IMG/VR virus record: IMGVR_UViG_3300023065_000014
Coordinates: 1 to 25,199 of that record
Source: a virus
Lineage: Duplodnaviria; Caudoviricetes
Strand: one strand, 5' to 3'
DNA: 25,199 bases
Shown here: positions 24,349 to 25,199 of the stretch, piece after piece
Layout: every line of letters begins with the position of its first letter
Position numbering within the stretch: position 1 is the first letter of the stretch
Position numbers and translations under genes: made by a program
The notes under the pieces: generated by a model
The model's database searches: none
What the model saw: only the letters and a program-made list of their open reading frames with translations
Told to the model about the DNA's origin: nothing

Positions 24349-25199
24349 TGAAAAAATCAATTAAAATCGTTTCCACTTCATTTATGACTATGATGCTCCT
24401 GTTTAGCTTTTCCACAGGAGCTTTCGCTGATAGAACGCTTATTATCCCTGATTTACCGAAACAACCATATCGCTATGGTGTAGGCGCTTATGAGGGTGTT
24501 GTAGCGCATAGTACAGCAACTCCTGAAGCTCCAGCTATTAATATTCAAAAGTATGAAACTCGTACATGGAGAAATGCATTTGTTCACTATGCTGTTGATT
24601 GGAATGAAACCATTCAAATTGCGGATACACGTTACATCGCTTACGGTGGTGGCCCAGGTGCAAATAAACGTTTCGTACACGTTGAACTGTGCGAAACATC
24701 TGATTATGATAAATTCAAAGTTTCATATGATAAATATGTGAAGCTGCTTGCTAAAATCCTACGTGACCGCGGTTTATCTGTAGAAAAAGGATTATGGACT
24801 CACTATGATGTAACGAAGTATCTTGGCGGCACAGATCATGAAGACCCACTTGATTATTTACGTAGTCACGGTGTTTCTGAAGCTCAATTTAGAGCAGATG
24901 TGAAGCGTGCGTACAATAATGCTAGTGCAGACGTTTCTGTTCCTGAGAAACCATCTAAACCAGCAGAAGTACCAACTGCAAATGTTGAAGGAGTTGCATA
25001 CATTCAAGGTAATAACGTTAATTTACGTAAAGGGCCAGATGCAAGTTATTCTGTTATTCGTCAGTTAAATAAACCAGAATCATATAAAGTATGGGGCGAA
25101 AAAGATGGTTGGCTAAATCTTGGTGGGAATCAATGGGTTTATAACAATCCTTCTTACATCAAGTTCGAGAAGAAAGAGCCAGTTAATCCAATTGCAGGA
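24348..25199 (+). CDS. Endolysin: N-acetylmuramoyl-L-alanine amidase (Amidase_2) with signal peptide and SH3b domain; truncated by the window end
   Basis: Open from ATG 24348 to the edge (absent from the ORF track). VAHSTATP, AFVHY, HVELC, LWTH and DHEDP motifs, then NVNLRKGP...GWLNLGGNQWV. Confidence 0.93.
   Translation, partial: MKKSIKIVSTSFMTMMLLFSFSTGAFADRTLIIPDLPKQPYRYGVGAYEGVVAHSTATPEAPAINIQKYETRTWRNAFVHYAVDWNETIQIADTRYIAYGGGPGANKRFVHVELCETSDYDKFKVSYDKYVKLLAKILRDRGLSVEKGLWTHYDVTKYLGGTDHEDPLDYLRSHGVSEAQFRADVKRAYNNASADVSVPEKPSKPAEVPTANVEGVAYIQGNNVNLRKGPDASYSVIRQLNKPESYKVWGEKDGWLNLGGNQWVYNNPSYIKFEKKEPVNPIAG

Larger units (their letters stand above)
1..25199 (+). mobile_element. Siphovirus (pro)phage late region: packaging, head, tail and lysis modules
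   Basis: Canonical co-directional synteny terS-terL-portal-minor head-scaffold-MCP-connectors-tail tube-chaperones-TMP-Dit-Tal-XhlA-holin-amidase. No att site or integrase is in the window, so prophage versus free phage cannot be decided. Confidence 0.97.

Overview
The window is the late region of an A118/SPP1-like temperate siphophage or prophage. Gene content and protein styles point to a Bacillus cereus-group host (inference). All credible genes are on the + strand. Order: probable last codons of an ArpU-type late activator (1-14); an inserted acidic ORF; an 11-bp-periodic repeat block with a lone -10 (putative activator-dependent late promoter); about 920 nt of non-coding but densely base-paired sequence (about 747-1676); a moron-like coiled-coil gene; three tiny promoter-RNA-terminator cassettes with sporulation-sigma-like promoters; several micro-ORFs; terS, terL, portal and minor head protein; a three-gene insert (Tad2-like DUF2829 sponge, Gp49/Acb4-like sponge, one unknown 69-aa gene); scaffold, major capsid, head completion proteins, tail tube, two tail chaperones, tape measure, Dit, Tal/tail fibre with S74 chaperone; XhlA, holin and a signal-peptide amidase endolysin that runs off the right edge. 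The best novelty candidates are the structured, pseudoknotted leader RNA lying upstream of at least six intrinsic terminators (possible RNA-based antitermination or sRNA hub), the sigma-K/sigma-E-like small-RNA array, and the unknown gene coupled to two nucleotide-sponge genes. Family assignments come from motif recognition by eye; no searches or folding programs were run.
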